Positions 27,836-43,035 of a DNA stretch of 64,000 nt are shown piece after piece. Both the position numbers and the translations under genes were made by a program. A model generated the notes under the pieces. That model was given only the letters and a program-made list of their open reading frames with translations, ran no database searches and was not told the DNA's origin. Within the stretch, counting starts at the first letter, position 1; each line of letters starts with the position of its first letter. The DNA is from the human T2T-CHM13v2.0 reference genome, Homo sapiens, in the NCBI RefSeq assembly GCF_009914755.1, contig NC_060939.1. One strand, written 5' to 3'.

Positions 27836-28469
27836 GTGATCAGAACAAATGAAAGATACTTTCAGAAATGCAAGGACACAGAGCATACACCTAAGGACCT
27901 GGTGGGAGTCAACCACACCTCACCTAGAATTTGAAGCATAAGACACTTACTTTCTAGACTTCCTTGCACCTAAAGCAGAATACATGGTCTAGGCTTTGTC
28001 CATTCAACTCTTCACCTGCCTAGAACTTGTAGCACTAGATATGCAGTGACAAGGGCCACAGACACACTGCCAAGGGGGCTGGCTTCAGCATCCACAACAG
28101 CAACATGGAGTTTCCAGGAGTAGGATGGGAGGTGTGAGCTGTGGCTGTGGCCAACATGGCCTTTGTGCCTGTACTGGGATCCCTAGCATCCGTACTGAAA
28201 TTGGGAAGTCAACCTCAATCAGCATCTTCCCTCAGCATCGCTAATCTACAGAGAGGAAGCACTGGAGAACTTGCCTGTCACATCCTTACCTGATTCGCCA
28301 CTTTGGCTGGTGCAGAAGATAGATAGTGCCTGGAAAAAGTAGATTATGGAATCCAGTTGCAGCTATTTTAATATAAAAGACTGTCTTACTGAAAATAGCT
28401 GATACCCTCTAGGACTATCACACACTATTTCAACTGGCAAATGCATTTTTCTCTCATAAGCAAAGAATA

Positions 28470-29524
28470 CTATAAAGCAAAGATATTATAAAGATGTTAA
28501 TTCTCTTGATGTTATTTTAAGGTTTATTACAATCCCAATCAAAATAATAATTGGCTTTTTAATTAATTGAAATGATATGATTCTGTAATTCATATAAAAA
28601 TATAAATAAGAACAGTCAGAAAAACACTGATAAGGCAAAGTACTTGCCCTACCACAGAGTAAGCTTATAAAGTCCAAATAATTTAAACATGATGGTATGT
28701 CACTGACCCCACAAAACACAACAGATGGCCCACCAACATACTCAAAACCCCACGAGGATTTTTTCATCATAAAGGTGGTTTGTGAAGTCAGTGAGATGAA
28801 GTCAAACGTAGTAATGAAGAGCTTTGGGAGAGCTGGAGACCCATGTTTTATAGGTGAGCTGCATCCATGTCGCACCATACATAAGCATGCATTCCAAATC
28901 AAAATGGATGAGATTCCAAATGTTCACTTTTAAAAAGCTGAAAATAAATAAATTAAATACTTAAAATAATAGGATAGAAAAGGAGTACAAATATTATTTA
29001 AAGATAAGAAGGATGAATTGGAATAAAAAACTGAAAGTGATATAGTTAAAAAGTCAATAACAAATTACATAAAGAGTAAAAGGCCAAAAGTCTCTTTTCT
29101 GAAATTTCTAATACAAATATCAACTTCTGGGAAGTTTCACTAAGGGAAAAAGAATGTGTGTGTATGTGTGTGCGACTGTGTGTATATCAACTGAGAGGGG
29201 AGATTTGATCACAGATACAAGGACAAGTGAAAAGCTTCAAGTCATTTCATAGCAAAATATAAATAACTAAAACTGATCCATGCAGAAAACAGGAAACCTG
29301 ACAAATTCAATAGCCAGTGAGGAGACTGGAAGACTGGTTAACAATCTCCCAGTTAAGAAGATGTCAGATTCAAATGGGGCTATAATTTCCCTGCTCCAAG
29401 TTACATACATATAGAAAGTTCCCCAATTCATTTGATGGAGCTACAGAACCTTCAAACTCAACTATAAGACAAAAATAAAAGCTGTAGCCAATTTTACTTA
29501 TAAGTATAGATATAAAAATGCAAT
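28470..29524 (+). mobile_element. Highly decayed L1M ORF2 fragments
   Basis: acaatcccaatcaaaat, aattcatataaaaa, caattcatttgatggagc, tagatataaaaat: L1 ORF2-like patches. Confidence 0.5.
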
Positions 29525-29538
29525 AAAATGGGTCTGAG

Positions 29539-30102
<564 letters not shown>

Positions 30103-31349
30103 TCAAGGCCTGTTCTGCCAGCCAAGAGTGGGCACCCAGCTCAGACCAGCCAGAGCCCTTCCAGAGGGAGCGTGTCTGGGTCTGTCTCCGGAGCTGCCTG
30201 CAGCCGTTCTCTATCACTGGAAGGAATTCCCATGCAGGGAGAGGCAGAGATGAGAGGTGGAGAGAGCACAGCCTGGCTCCTGTTGCCTCCGAGGCCCAGC
30301 TAGACACTGCCCATCCAGGCTGCTGAACCCTCTGGTCCATGTCCCTTTCCACCCAAGCGAATTTGATTGAGGCATCTGTCACCTGCAGCCAAGAGCCCCA
30401 GCAGGGTGTCTGCATCCTTCTCCTCTTTATCCCCATAGATAGCACCCAGGCTGACGTCCAGTGCCCGCTCCCGAGGCCGTCTCCAGCCCCCCGTGCTCAG
30501 GCGCCTTCTCTCCCTGAGCATTCACCACCCCCTGCTCCGTCAGAGACTCCTGCCAGACCTCTATGCTTGCACACTCGCCTGCCAATCCAACGTCCCTCAT
30601 GCAGCCTCACCAACTGCGGACTGGAACATACTCAAGACCAAACTCTGCATTTCTCCTCTAAACTGCGCCTGCACCTGATGTGCCTTTGAGTTTTCATCCC
30701 CTCATGGCTCACATCCACGTTGTCCACCTCCAAACCCTACCCCACTGGCCCCCTTTCCCCACCTGCCCTGCACACACTGGCCCCAAGCCTCAGGCTCTAA
30801 CCTGGCCTCCCCGGGGCCACTCGGTCCTCCTCTAACCTGTCCATTCCACTGCAGGGAAGAATGGGCTTTGTAAAAGAAAAATCGCATTGCAAGCTTTCCT
30901 GCTTAAAGCCCTTCCCTGCACTCCCACCACCTGGAGTGAAATCCAGCCTTTTTGCCCATCTACAGTCTCCCTCCCCCGGGTGCCTTCCACCATCTTCAGC
31001 GCCATCCTCTTGCCCGGCCATCAGGGATGCTGGCTGTTTCTCCTCCTTGGGGAAGTCACACAGCTCACCTGCTCAGGGCTGTTTGCCATCTGGGAACCTC
31101 AGTGCCGTTAGCACAGTACCACTGACCCACACTGGGGATGGCTTATGGGGTCTACGTTTAGCTGTGTTTGCTGCTCCTCCCTGGTGAGTCTCCAAGTTCA
31201 GCACACAGTATCTGCCTGCTTCATCACTGCGCCACTGAGGCCTACTTCTTGCTAGTTACAAAGCTGTGTTGACTTCATGGATGACTATAAAAGAACAAAC
31301 ATTTTAATACACTGACTATTCATGAAATATGGCCGGATTAAATATCTGA

Positions 31350-31635
31350 TTTTTTTTTTTTTTTTTGGTCGCCTAGGCTGGAGTGCAGCAGCACGATCTC
31401 GGGTCACTGCACCCTCTGTTTCCCGGGTTCAAGTGATTCTTCTGCCTCAGCCTCCCCCAGTAGCTGGGAGTACAGGCATATGCCACCACGCCCAGCTGAT
31501 TTTTTTGTATTTTTAGTAGAGACGGGGCTTCACCATGTTGGCAAGGCTGGTCTCGAACTCCTGACCTCACATGATCTGCCCGCCTCAGCCTCCCAAAGTT
31601 TTGGGACTACAGGCATGAGCCATCATACCCAGCCT
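31350..31635 (-). mobile_element. AluS, reverse orientation, missing a short segment next to the poly(A)
   Basis: poly-T is followed directly by ggtcgcctaggctggagtgcag, so the gagac..ctc segment is absent. Confidence 0.93.
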
Positions 31636-32448
31636 GATAAATTCTTTAGTTACCCCTAAATATACAACCTTGTAAAGAAATGTCCATCTGTGTCAGCATG
31701 TCTAAATGCATTATAAAAAAAGTTTTATCTTATTGTTTTTCAAAATAGCATATCCTATAGAGGAAAGTTTAGGCCAAGCTTCCTTTACTTCAAAAATTTA
31801 GCCAATCAATATGCTATCGTGACAGTACACATGTGGAGCTGGCCACATTTGGGTCATCCATAAATGCGGAGCTGCACTCCATTGTTTATGTTGTCTGGAG
31901 GTTATGAGATAAGCACCTTGTTTGCTGAGATTGTTTTAGAAGAAGACTAAAGATGTCTTGGGACTCTCCTGACCCCACTGCAGCTTACTGCACTTTACCA
32001 GGACATTTACTCTTTAGTCCTTCTAAGTCTTTGAAGTCGCTTTAAGGCTTTTTAAGTCGTTTTACATTATTTTAATGTACTTATTTTTTTCTGGGTTCCC
32101 TAATGGTTGAAATTAAGGATTCTCTGCCATTAAATTAATAATATACCAAAAACAAGTTACATAAAAGCAATCATTTAGGCCACAAGTGGTTCCAATGGAT
32201 TTCTTCCCAGTTATAGGAAATTTGATCCGTGGAAAGGCAGAGAGAAATTTCCCCTTAGACGACTCTATAGCATCATTTTTCAACTTTATAGTCTAAGCGT
32301 ATAAAGAAACACTGACAGTGAATGGCTTCTCCGGAGATCTCACCCCAGCATCCATGGAGGATCTCTGCACGCAACTGTGCCTTCATCCGTAAACACCCCA
32401 TTGACCCACCATCAAGCAACGCAGGCACCTCGAGGGCCCTTTGACTAG

Positions 32449-33215
32449 TGATGGTAGAAGAATAAAAATATTCGGTCTTTGTCCCCATTCCTAGCACAGA
32501 GCTCCTAAAACCTTTGGCATTTCCTGAGTGATAAGAGTGACAGGAATTCCTTTTGTTGTAATGAGGCAGCTCTTGGGGGCCCTAGATGGCTTCAGGAGGG
32601 GACTGGTTGCCAGAAAGATCAAGGCATGATTAGAAAGTTAAAACTGACAGCTCCACCATCCGTCCCCACACCAATCCTCAGGGAGAGAACCAGGGCTGGA
32701 GATTGAGCCAATCACAAATGGCCAATGATGTAATCAATCATGCCAATGTAATGAAGCCTCAAACCCCCTAAGCAGTGGAGTTCTGGGATCCTCCATGTTG
32801 GTGAACGAATTCATGTGTCAGGAGGGTGGTGCATCTGCACTCCATGGGGACAGAAGTTCCTGCACTTGGGACCCTGCCAGAGACCTCACCTATGCACTTC
32901 CTCATCTGGCTTTTCATTTGAACCCTTTATAATACCCTTTAAAATAAGTAGTAAAGGTAGGTAACATGCTTTCCTGAGTTCTCTGAGTCATTGCAGCGAA
33001 CTATTGAACCTGAGGTGAGGGGTTGCAGGAACCCTGATTTGTAGCCAAGTTGCACAGAAGTGTGAGTGCCTGATACCTGTGACTGATAGCTGTGTCTGAA
33101 TTGAGGGCACTGATGAGGGATGGAGCCCTTAGCCTGTGCTCTGACAATAGCTCCGGGTAATTGGTATTAGAACTGAATTGAATTGTGGGATACCTACTTG
33201 GTGTTGGAGAATTAA
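32449..33215. mobile_element. MER21-family LTR
   Basis: atattcggtctttgtccccattcctagcacagagctcctaaaacctttgg...agaactgaattgaattgtgggatacc. Confidence 0.75.
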
Positions 33216-33659
33216 AGGATCAGCTGGAGTAAGGAGTAGAAAAAGCCACTTGCTGGTGCTTGCAGAATGTTGCTAAGTCAGCGCCTGTCACCCACCTTCC
33301 ATGGTAACTAGTGGCTCCTGTCAAGGCTGGGGACTCAGCCGCGGTAAACACGAGGTGCTGCACAGGCACCTGCTCCTCATGTTGACAAGCGCCATCTCCT
33401 AACTGCTGATAAGTGAACCACAAGCTAAGCCAACGGGACAATGCACCACGCTCATCTCAGACCTAGGACATTCAGCAGCAAGGAGGCCTGGCTCTTGATA
33501 CAGCCTCCACAATAGGAACTTGGGCCTTCCGGACGTAATGGGATGCAGAAAGCAAAGATCAGTCTATGATCCAACACTTGCTGCTGCAGCGACTGCAGTT
33601 AACATGAGTCCTTGAGAAAGATCAAGAAGGGCAGCACATTTCTTTGGGCCTTTGTACCA

Positions 33660-34140
33660 CTTAGGGCTCTTACAGCTACAAGTGACAGAAAACCCAACCC
33701 AGAATGGCTAAAGCAAAATGCAATTATGAGATCATATGGATTACAAGTCTTGGGCAAATAAAATGATGCGGCAGGTTGCATTTCCCAAATTCGCCAGCAC
33801 TAATATATTCCATCCCACATGATTTATCCCACAGCCCTGACAGCGCACGTTCCCATCAAGAAGCTCCTTCCCCTGTTTCTAGGGCCTGTGATGCAGGGAG
33901 AAGTCTGAGGCCCCCACCGCCATCCCAGCAGTGCTCTTTGGGCCCCCACAACCTGGACAGGAGACATAAGTGAGCAGCCTCCAGATGATTCTGGCCTTGG
34001 CCTCTGCCAGCTCTGGTGATCCCCAGTGGAATAGTACCAGCTGCCCTTTCAAATTCCATGAAGATGGTAGAGTTAGGCGTGAAATCGTCACTGTTGCTTT
34101 AAGTCCCTGCATTTTGGGATGACTTGTTAGGCAGCCATAG
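33660..34140. mobile_element. MLT1 (MaLR) LTR fragments
   Basis: caagtgacagaaaacccaacccagaatggctaaagc and tgttgctttaagtccctgcattttgggatgacttgttaggcagccatag. Confidence 0.5.
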
Positions 34141-34892
34141 TGAGTGGGACAGGTGACTTTACCAGGGCCTTCCCCTTGGCTCTGGTGCCTCAGGCGCAGG
34201 CCCTGTTCTCAGGCTCCTGGCAATGATATGCAATGGCGTTGGCCTCTCATCATCACCCCCGTCAGTGTGAGGCCCTCATTCTCCAGCACCTCAGTAACAG
34301 TGTGCTGGGTCGATCTTCTCTCTTGGGCTCTGTGCCATCCTCCCATTCTCCCCTAGTGGTCTGCGTGCCTCTCCCAGTACTGAGGTTGTGGGGCATTGCT
34401 TCCTGAAAAGTATACAGTGGAGGGGGGGTGGTCACCCCGAATCAAAGTGGAGCCATTTTGAATAACAAAATCACTACATGGTTAACTAGAACCTCTTCTG
34501 CACCAGCTCTCCTGACACCCTCCTGACAAGTATTTACGGCTCTCGTGGCTCTCTCAGACTGTCCAGGACTCTCTGGCCTTCAGGAGCCTCAGACAGCCCT
34601 GCGATGCTCCTAGCTCTCAGCTCCTGCCCCACTCATTGTAACCTTTCTCAGGGCCACTGATTAGAAGGGTTCAATATACAAATCTACCCACATGGCATTA
34701 TCCTAAGGCTGAAGATTTTACGTCGAGGTGCAAACCAACAGGAGAGGTTCTTTGAGTTTACATTAAGGGAGGGAAAAGGGCAGGGGGTGAGTGGCTTTAA
34801 GTTTTCCTTCAGACACGGAGGATCAGCCTGCTTTGAGAAGCCTAAGGCCCATTTCTGCTCTAACCAGATGAGAGCTGCAAGAAAAATAGCCT

Positions 34893-34970
34893 GTTTTTCT
34901 CTTTCTTTTCTTGTCTTGTCTTTTCTTTCTTCTCTTTCCTTCCTTCTTTCCTTTCTTTCTTTCTTCTTTA
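34893..34970. repeat. (CTTT)n-type polypyrimidine low-complexity tract
   Basis: Read directly from the sequence. Confidence 0.85.
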
Positions 34971-36429
34971 GCAAATATAACATGTGGATGAGACTAACTT
35001 TGAAATTTACGTTCAGAAAATATTGATCTCACATTCATGATTTTTAACCCTCAGGGGAAAAGAAAGTATTTGACTTTGGTTCAGTGAGTTTACAGCACTG
35101 TGATCAATACAGAGATTAACCTTTGAAAAGGCACCCAATATTACATTAGCAACTGTTTTGACCTTTGAGAAAATATGAATGTCTGCCTGGCTACCCTTGA
35201 AGCAGCAGACAGAATGAGGGCTTTATAAATCTACAAAGAATTTTATTATGTTTACTGTTAGTCAATGGTAATGATCCCTTTGAATCACACTGAACAAAGC
35301 CAGGTCATTTTCAAATATTGCTTCGAATACAGTATTTTCTAGATGGTTTATTCTCTAGATATTTTTTTCACTTTTTCATTTAATTTATTAACTTGATGTT
35401 TTTAAAGCCTCACAATAATTAGCTATGTTCTAAGAAACCACAAAAGAAAACAAAATGAGGTGACAAAAGCTTTACTGGAAGCTAAATTCCACAATAAAAT
35501 TCAACTTAATGTGTCTCTATGTTTAAAGAAATAGTATAAATCAGCATTATCAATTAGTGAGACACTCTTTAATTGACTGGTGTATCTTACGTGGGTGGCA
35601 CTGAAACGGTATGCCCTGGTCCCCATGGAGGAATGTCCTGCAGACCATGTTTCTGCCCAGTGAGGGAATCTAACATTAGCATAATCTCTAGTCAGAAAAT
35701 CATTTTCTCCAATGGAGCAAATAAAATCATATCCTCCCTAGGAAGTGCCGCAAATAAGATTCCTTGGGCATGGCAGAAAGAACGAGTTCTGGACTGTGGA
35801 TTAGCGATGCCACTGTCTTGCTTCTGGTAGGCAAGGTACTGACAGCCACCCAATGCCACATCACTGCATCTGCTCACAATAAACTCCACAGATCAACAAG
35901 AAATGTAGGTTAAGCTACGTGGGCAGCCTGCCTTTCGACATAACTAGAAGATGGAGAGCACCATAAACTCCACATTATTACTTGGCAGTAAAGAAGAAAA
36001 CACCAATTCCCAGCCAAGCTATCTCTCAGGCCCCTGCCCCACACCCTTGCAAGGAGCCAGAGAAATCCAGATAATTTTCATGAAAAAGAGAAGAAAGAAA
36101 TAAAAATTCTAAAATTGAGGAAAGTAACAGCCAGAAGTAGGAAGGCCAACCTAAGCATAAAACCACTGGAAAACGATCCTGGTGGATTTGTGTATAGACT
36201 ACGGAGAAAAGACATTGACATACACTGGGCTCCAGGTGACAGGCAGGCATGCATCACCCGCAAGAGAAGACAGCAAACAGGCAGGCAGGCGTGCCCATCA
36301 AAGCCTGGCAGGGGAAGGGGAAAAACAGTGAGGGCAGGGGGGGAAATGCAGAATCCTGTAAGACAAAAGGAACCAAAAATGAATGGAAATGCCCCACGAC
36401 TGAAAAAAAAAAAAAAAAGAAAAAAAGCT

Positions 36430-39400
36430 GTTACAGAGACTGCTCTCCACCACACTGACCAAAGAATAGGAATCTCCTCAAATTAGGAACCCTGGAACTG
36501 ACTCCGGCTGGCCACCCTGTCCACAAGTACATAGCCGAAAGCTGACTGCCCCGTGCAAGGCTTTCCTAATAATAAAACAGAGCATGAGAATCTAAATACG
36601 GAAGCTGGTAAAGATTTCCCCAACAAGCCACATGTAAACCAGGAAACACAAAACCACATACAACACTCTATACTGAATTCCATACCCTCAGATAAGCACT
36701 GGGGGCTGTGCAAAAACAACCTGAATCCAAAACCCAAATGCTGAGAGCAGAAAACGACAAAACCATGAAGACTAAAATGAAAAGCCAAAGAAAAACACCA
36801 AATCATGTAAGAAATGAAGATTAAATTATAAGGTGTTCCAGGAAGACTATAATCAAATGAAAATGTAATCAGGGGCATTAAAGAAAGAAGGCAAACAGGA
36901 GGCCAAAAACAGCTGAGTAGTAAAAACAAGCCAGAAAGAAAGTGGTTGAAATGGAAGCCAGGCCAGTGAGACTCAACATAAAGAGATCCGTGAAATCGTA
37001 AAATATAACAAATACTCAAAACTCTGATCCAAGAAACCTTTCTGGACTCAAAAGAAGATACAATGCTACATGTTAGGCCCATGGATACCCAAGGGATACC
37101 TAGGAATATCTTAGTAAAACTATTAGACTCTGAAGATAAATTTGTAAAACCCTCCAAGCCTGTAGCAAAATGATCAAATAACTTCAAATGTAAGAGAACG
37201 GGGCTGCCATCACACATCCCACACACACATACAGCTGAGGCCACAATGGAGTAACACCTTCATGAAACCCAGAGAAGGTACGTGTGAACCAAGGGTGTAT
37301 TAGGAAGCAAAGTGTCTTGTCAAATGTTAAGGATGTAGAACGCAGCTTTAAACCTACGAAAGCTCAGGGGTACTGTACCCAGGAGCTGATCTTGGGCTCT
37401 CAAAGATTAGCTTCACCTGTCAAAAGGCAGGAACACTTCAGCAAAAGGGCCAATGGTGAGCATCCAATAAACTTAATCACGGATCTAAGAGAAACAAGCA
37501 TAGAACAATGGGGGGTGGAGGAAAAAATGAATGATGTTATATGTTTTGAAAGCAGAAATACTTCAATTAGTAAGTGCGTGGAGAAAGAAGGGAAGAGAAA
37601 AGTACTGTAGAATAAACTTATCAGTGGTCATTTAGGCAAGAGGTAGAAGTCAAAGGTTATCATTAAAGATAGACAAACAAGGTATAAAAGACTACGTAAG
37701 AAAACAGAAGACTAAAGGCAAGTGAAAAAGCATAAGAACAAAGGTAATCACTAGATCAAAATACAAATCTTTCAAATTGCAAAGAAACATTTTAGAAAAT
37801 AAGAGAGCAAAAAAGATATACACATAGAGAAACACAGCAACTAAAATATACATAAAACCTATAATATGGAAAATGTGTGAGTCATATCAATAAATGTGAG
37901 TGGACTAAGTTCATTTATTAAAAGAAAACAATACTTTTATTTTGATTCACAAAGCAAGTCCCAACAGTCTATATGAGACACACCTAAAACAAAGTGATTT
38001 AGAAAGGCTAAAAGCTGAGCAAGTGATTTGTGATTCCAATACTGAATAAAGTACAATCAAGTCAAAGAGCATTAAGCATGACAGAGGGGATGTTTAATAG
38101 TGCTAAAAGCCTCCGACTCACAGTAGAGACAGAACAGTGATAAATATGTATCCACCAAATAACATAGTAACCACCTTTCAAAGATAAATAGTAAGAGATT
38201 CAAGGAGAAATAAAGAGACACACTTGTAACAGGAAATACTTAACATGCCACTTAAAGTACATGACAGATTTAGTGGACAAAAAATAAGTAAGGATATAAA
38301 TGACCTAGTATAATCATTGGGTAGATTTGAGAAATATGTAAGTTTATACAATAACAACAGAGAATGCACACATAAAATATGATCAAATTTGGTCACAAAG
38401 AAACCAGAGGTAAGTTCCATCAAAATAGAAATTAATAAAATAAATAAAAAGATTCTTCAAACTGGAAATTGAGAAGAACTGTTATTAAACATCCAATTCA
38501 GATGAAAGGAAAGCCACACTGAAAATACAGAAATCCTAGAAATAATGACAATGGAAGCATTATATATTAAACTCCATGGAATACATTTAAAGCAGTGTTC
38601 GGAGGAAAGAGCTTAGCCTTAAACACTTATGGCAAATAAAACAAACAAATAAAAATAAATGAAATAAATTTGAAATTTGAAAAAACTAAAGAACAGCAAA
38701 GTAAACCAAGAGAAAGCACTAGGAAGGGAATGATAAAGAAAAATGCAGCAATGAACAAGGCAGAAAACAGAAAACTAGACCTAAGAAATACATCAAAGTC
38801 TTATTTTTTGAAAAATAAAACAGAACTAGATGAATCACAAGCCACTAATCAAAAACAAATCCACAGATAAGAAATGACAAGGGGGAAATAACCACCAAAA
38901 CAGACAAAATTTAAAAATAATTCTAAGAAAATATTTGCAGACCTCTCGATACCAGTATTTTTAGGGTAATTTTAAATTATGTGTCTATTCCAATATTTCT
39001 GATCCTAATAAAAGTGTAATCCAGTATGTTGTCTCTCATAGCTCCAGTAATCAAGACAGTGCACTACTGGGGAGGGACAGCCATCCAGATCAATACACCA
39101 GAACAGAGAACCCAGGAACAGATCCACAAAGATGCACTCAGCTGATGAGTGACAGCTGCAACAGCAACTCAACGGAGGAACCATAGCCATTGCACCAAAC
39201 GGTGCTAGAGTGCAGTGATATCCATATGCAAAAATAAAAGAAAATAAAACCTTGATCTAAACCTCACACCTTATATGAAACTTAACTCAAAATGGAACAT
39301 GAACGTAAATGTAACATGTAAATCAGTAAAACCTGGGAGAAAAAAAGGGCATAGGAGATAATCTTTGAAAAACATCTAGGGCTAGGCAAAAAGGTCTCCT

Positions 39401-40910
39401 GTTGTCATGCTTTTGACACCAAAAACACAACACATTAAAAATTTTTTTGACACATTGGGCCTCATTAAGATTCAAAACTTTTGATTTGTATAAGAACCTG
39501 TTAAGTGGATGAACAGTCTACAGACTGGGAGAAAATGTCCTATCTGCTTTATTCGTAAGAGCCCCAAACTGGAAACAAGTCAGGTGTTCTTCAGTGAGGA
39601 GATGACTAAACAAACTGTGGTCCATCCATACCATGGAGTGCAATGCAAAGAAATCAAATACTGGCATGTGAAACAATTTGGATGAATTGCTAGACAATGA
39701 TGCCGAGTGAAAACAGCCAATACAAAAAGGTCACATGTTGTATGATTCCATTTATGTAGCATTCTTGCAATGACAAAATGTTAGAGATGGAGAAGAGATT
39801 GGGGCAGGGGTAGAGGTGGGAGGGATGCAGAGCTGGCTGGAAAAGGCCAGCATAAGGGTGCCTTGTAGCAATGGAACTCTTCTGTGCCTTGACTGCATCA
39901 ATGGCAGCATCCTGGCTATGATCTTCTACTATAGTTTGTCAAGATTTTACTACCAGGGGTTTCTGCACAAAGGGCTCACAGAATCTCTCTGAATTATTTC
40001 TTACAACTGCACATGAATCTACAATTATCTTGAAAGAAAAAGTTTTAAAAAATTAATGAAAGCAAAAAGTATAGATAAAAATGGAGCTAAAGTTTATCCA
40101 TTTTGACTATAGAATATCTAAAATTCCTTTGCCAAATTTAAAATACAAAAATAAGCTTAAAAATAGTCACAACATATATATCAGAACTGATTTCTGTAGA
40201 TGCAAGAGAGCTTCTGAAAAATAGGAAAATTCATCTCTCAAGAGAAAGACGAAGGCAAAGGATATGAATAGAAAGTTTACAAAATAAGAAATGCAAATAT
40301 TCAGTGTTTATACAGAAAGAGTATAATCTCAGTAGAATTAATTAAAACAAAACATGAGTCTATTGTTAGCCAGCCAGATGAACCTTGAGCATTTCAAATG
40401 GCAGTGACGAGTTTCAGCAGTGAAGTTCAATAAAATGCGTGGAGAGCAACATTTCTGGATGCCAGCTTGTCAATATTTATCTGGATTCTTAAAACATCAC
40501 TCATTTAACCAGCGGTTCTATGTCAGAAAATTTATCTTCAATTATCAGAAATGAAACAAGGTTTTATCTATAAAGATATTTATCACACCATAACAAGAAA
40601 CAGCAAGCAACCTCAATGCCTCAATGTAAAATAAACCAGGATACATCTGCCTGTTGGAGGCATAGCTATTCTATTTTGGAAGGACAATTTATGTCTTGTT
40701 AAGATGCTCACAATAGAGTATAAAGTATAAAAGGTAGGACACAATGTGATTCAAAGGCTTTGTAAAAAATATGTAATCTATGGTAGGCAGGAAAAATGTA
40801 AGAAAACACACCAAATTACGATCAGTGGCTATTTCTAGGTAGCAAAATTATAGGTTACTTTTGTATTTTATTCGTTTACATATTTTCCATTAAATACTTA
40901 TCTACATCAT
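36430..40910 (+). mobile_element. Cluster of ancient L1 pieces: ORF1/ORF2-endonuclease remnant (~36430-38945), L1MC-type ORF2/3' end (~39030-40050), L1ME-type 3' pieces (~40120-40910)
   Basis: atcaataaatgtgagtggactaagttc (ORF2 EN start, NVNGLN-like), gtaatcaagacagtg, ttatttcttacaactgcacatgaatctacaattatct; A-rich + strand. Confidence 0.7.
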
Positions 40911-43035
40911 GAGAGAAATGGTAATTCTTTAAAACATTCTGCAATGTGTATCACAGGAAGCCCCCTTTTGTGAAAATAAATCTTTGAGTTAGATAAAAGT
41001 CAAATCAGTGCATGTGCAATTGCAAATTAAGAAATTCATGCAAATAAAGGCCCTACTACAATTAGATAACCATTCCCTGGGCAAAAACTGCTCTGATTTC
41101 TGCACAGCAAGGACCTGGCAAGAAGGATGGTCAGAGCTGGAAGAACTGGAACCAGGCAAAAACAAGGAAGGAACTCTGTTGACCACTCACCACAAGGACA
41201 CACTCTCCATCCAAGAAGATGCATGTGATTCATAAGGCTGGGACTAATGAGCTTTCAAGGAGACAACTGGCAGTCTTGCCCAAGCTTTCTGAGGCCACCG
41301 ACTTCCTGTCATACTAGCTGTTCACCACAGTAACTGCACACACGCACACACACACACGCATAGGTGTGTCACACACTGCACACCAAATGCAAGAACTATG
41401 TGAAAAGTTCAGTGCCCACATGCATCACCCACTGGAGCTGAACCTCAGGCACTTTACATGTCCCAGGTGGAGTGGACGCAAACCCTTTCAGTTGGGCAGA
41501 TGCCCTGGTTATTATTCCAAAGTGCTACTTGGGAAAAGATCAGACTGGGGTTGCCCTAAAAACCTTCTTTTTAAAAAAATACTAATGCCAGGCCTCCCAT
41601 GCCTACTTGTGAGACCAACTGGTGTTGCAAAAAGCCATGCTTTTTGCTCTCTGAAATCCAGCCTATGGGTTGCCAGAGAGTAGAGGAGCCAGTGTATAGT
41701 ATGCTTGGCCAACCAAAGAAGAGGAGATGGAGGATGTGAGAACGACGGCCTTCCAGGGCTGCAGAAGTTAGGAGCCCGGCCCAAATGAAGGAGGCAGAGC
41801 TGGTAGAGAGGGTGAACTGAATCTCTTCCTGCTGCCCACTCAGCACACTTGTCTCTGATCCCCTCTCTTGGCTGTGCTCTGGGTCTGACCCTCACTGACC
41901 ATAGGGCAAAGATGAGAAGATGGCAGTGTGTGGTAGGCCACCCTGCAAAGGCCACTGCTATATTTGCTGTAATCAATGCTGTTCTCATTAAGGTAATTCT
42001 TGTTTAACTGACAGGATGATTTCTTTTATGCTCAGCAGAGGCAGATGAGAGTCCAAACAGAAAGAACTGGGTCAGGCATTAAGTTCTGAACCCTGTCCCT
42101 TAGCGGCAGGGTCAGCGATATGCCCAGAGTCCCACCGGGAGACGCACATTCAGCGTCCCCTGAGGCTCACACCCAAGTCACCCAGGAGTGTCATTCAAAT
42201 TAATGCCTCAGCAAAATTACCAGGTATTACTAGTTTCTTACGAACCATGGAAATGGCCAATATAATAAGTCTGGCAAAATCCAACGTGCTAGTGTTCAAA
42301 GAGCCTGCTGTGTGTGGGTCCTCACCTGGGTATGATGGCCAGGGTTCTGTTCCCAAGCCAGCCCCAGGCAGCAGTGCCTGGTGCAGGGATCGCTGTCTCC
42401 ACTGGCTACAGGGTTCTCTGCCACTCAACCAAAGTTGAGGTTCCAAATCTTTACCCGAGGCTGGTTCTGAGAACCATCATTGTGCATACACCCTGTGCAA
42501 ATGTACAAAGAACTCCACAGGAAACTTGCTCGACACCAAATAAATGAAGTTCATTTTAACAGCACCATTTGACAGGGGTTTCCAGCCTCCATTCTGCCCC
42601 CTCACCTGTTTGCAATGTGCAGTGTGCTACTCACACACAGACGTGTCAGCAGTCAGGGCCCCAGCGCGGACTCAGCTCCTCCTAGAGGAGGCTCTACTCT
42701 GCAGGCATCCGCTGGACGCCCCCACCGAGGGCCTCATCTCTGCACAGTCCTCCTGAGAGGTGCCCACACAAGAGAGGGACGCCACTGCCAGGCTGCCCCC
42801 ATTCCGCCACCCTGGCTTCAGTCTGCAACATTACGGGGTCTTTGCTAGCAGGGACTGTGCAATCCAGCACCGTCTTCGTGGACAGTCAGGGCACAAGCTC
42901 CCACTGGAATATTCAAGAGGACAGCCACACGAAATATCTGGCAAGCCCACAGTCATTTCCTGGCCCCCTGACTCAACCTGAGTCATCCAGGATATCTGAA
43001 CCATCCTCTGTGTTATGGAGCTAATCCCAGCAATT

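Noticed and set aside
36483-37244. 253-aa hydrophobic minus-strand ORF resembling a membrane protein
   Set aside because: Antisense reading of an A-rich L1 remnant; the T-rich strand yields Phe/Leu/Ser-rich chance ORFs.
35591-42305. Further minus-strand exon-like segments (35591-35687; the donor GTG|gtgagt near 41190; ~42243-42305)
   Set aside because: Each has one weak or ambiguous splice site and several alternative frames; typical pseudoexon background.
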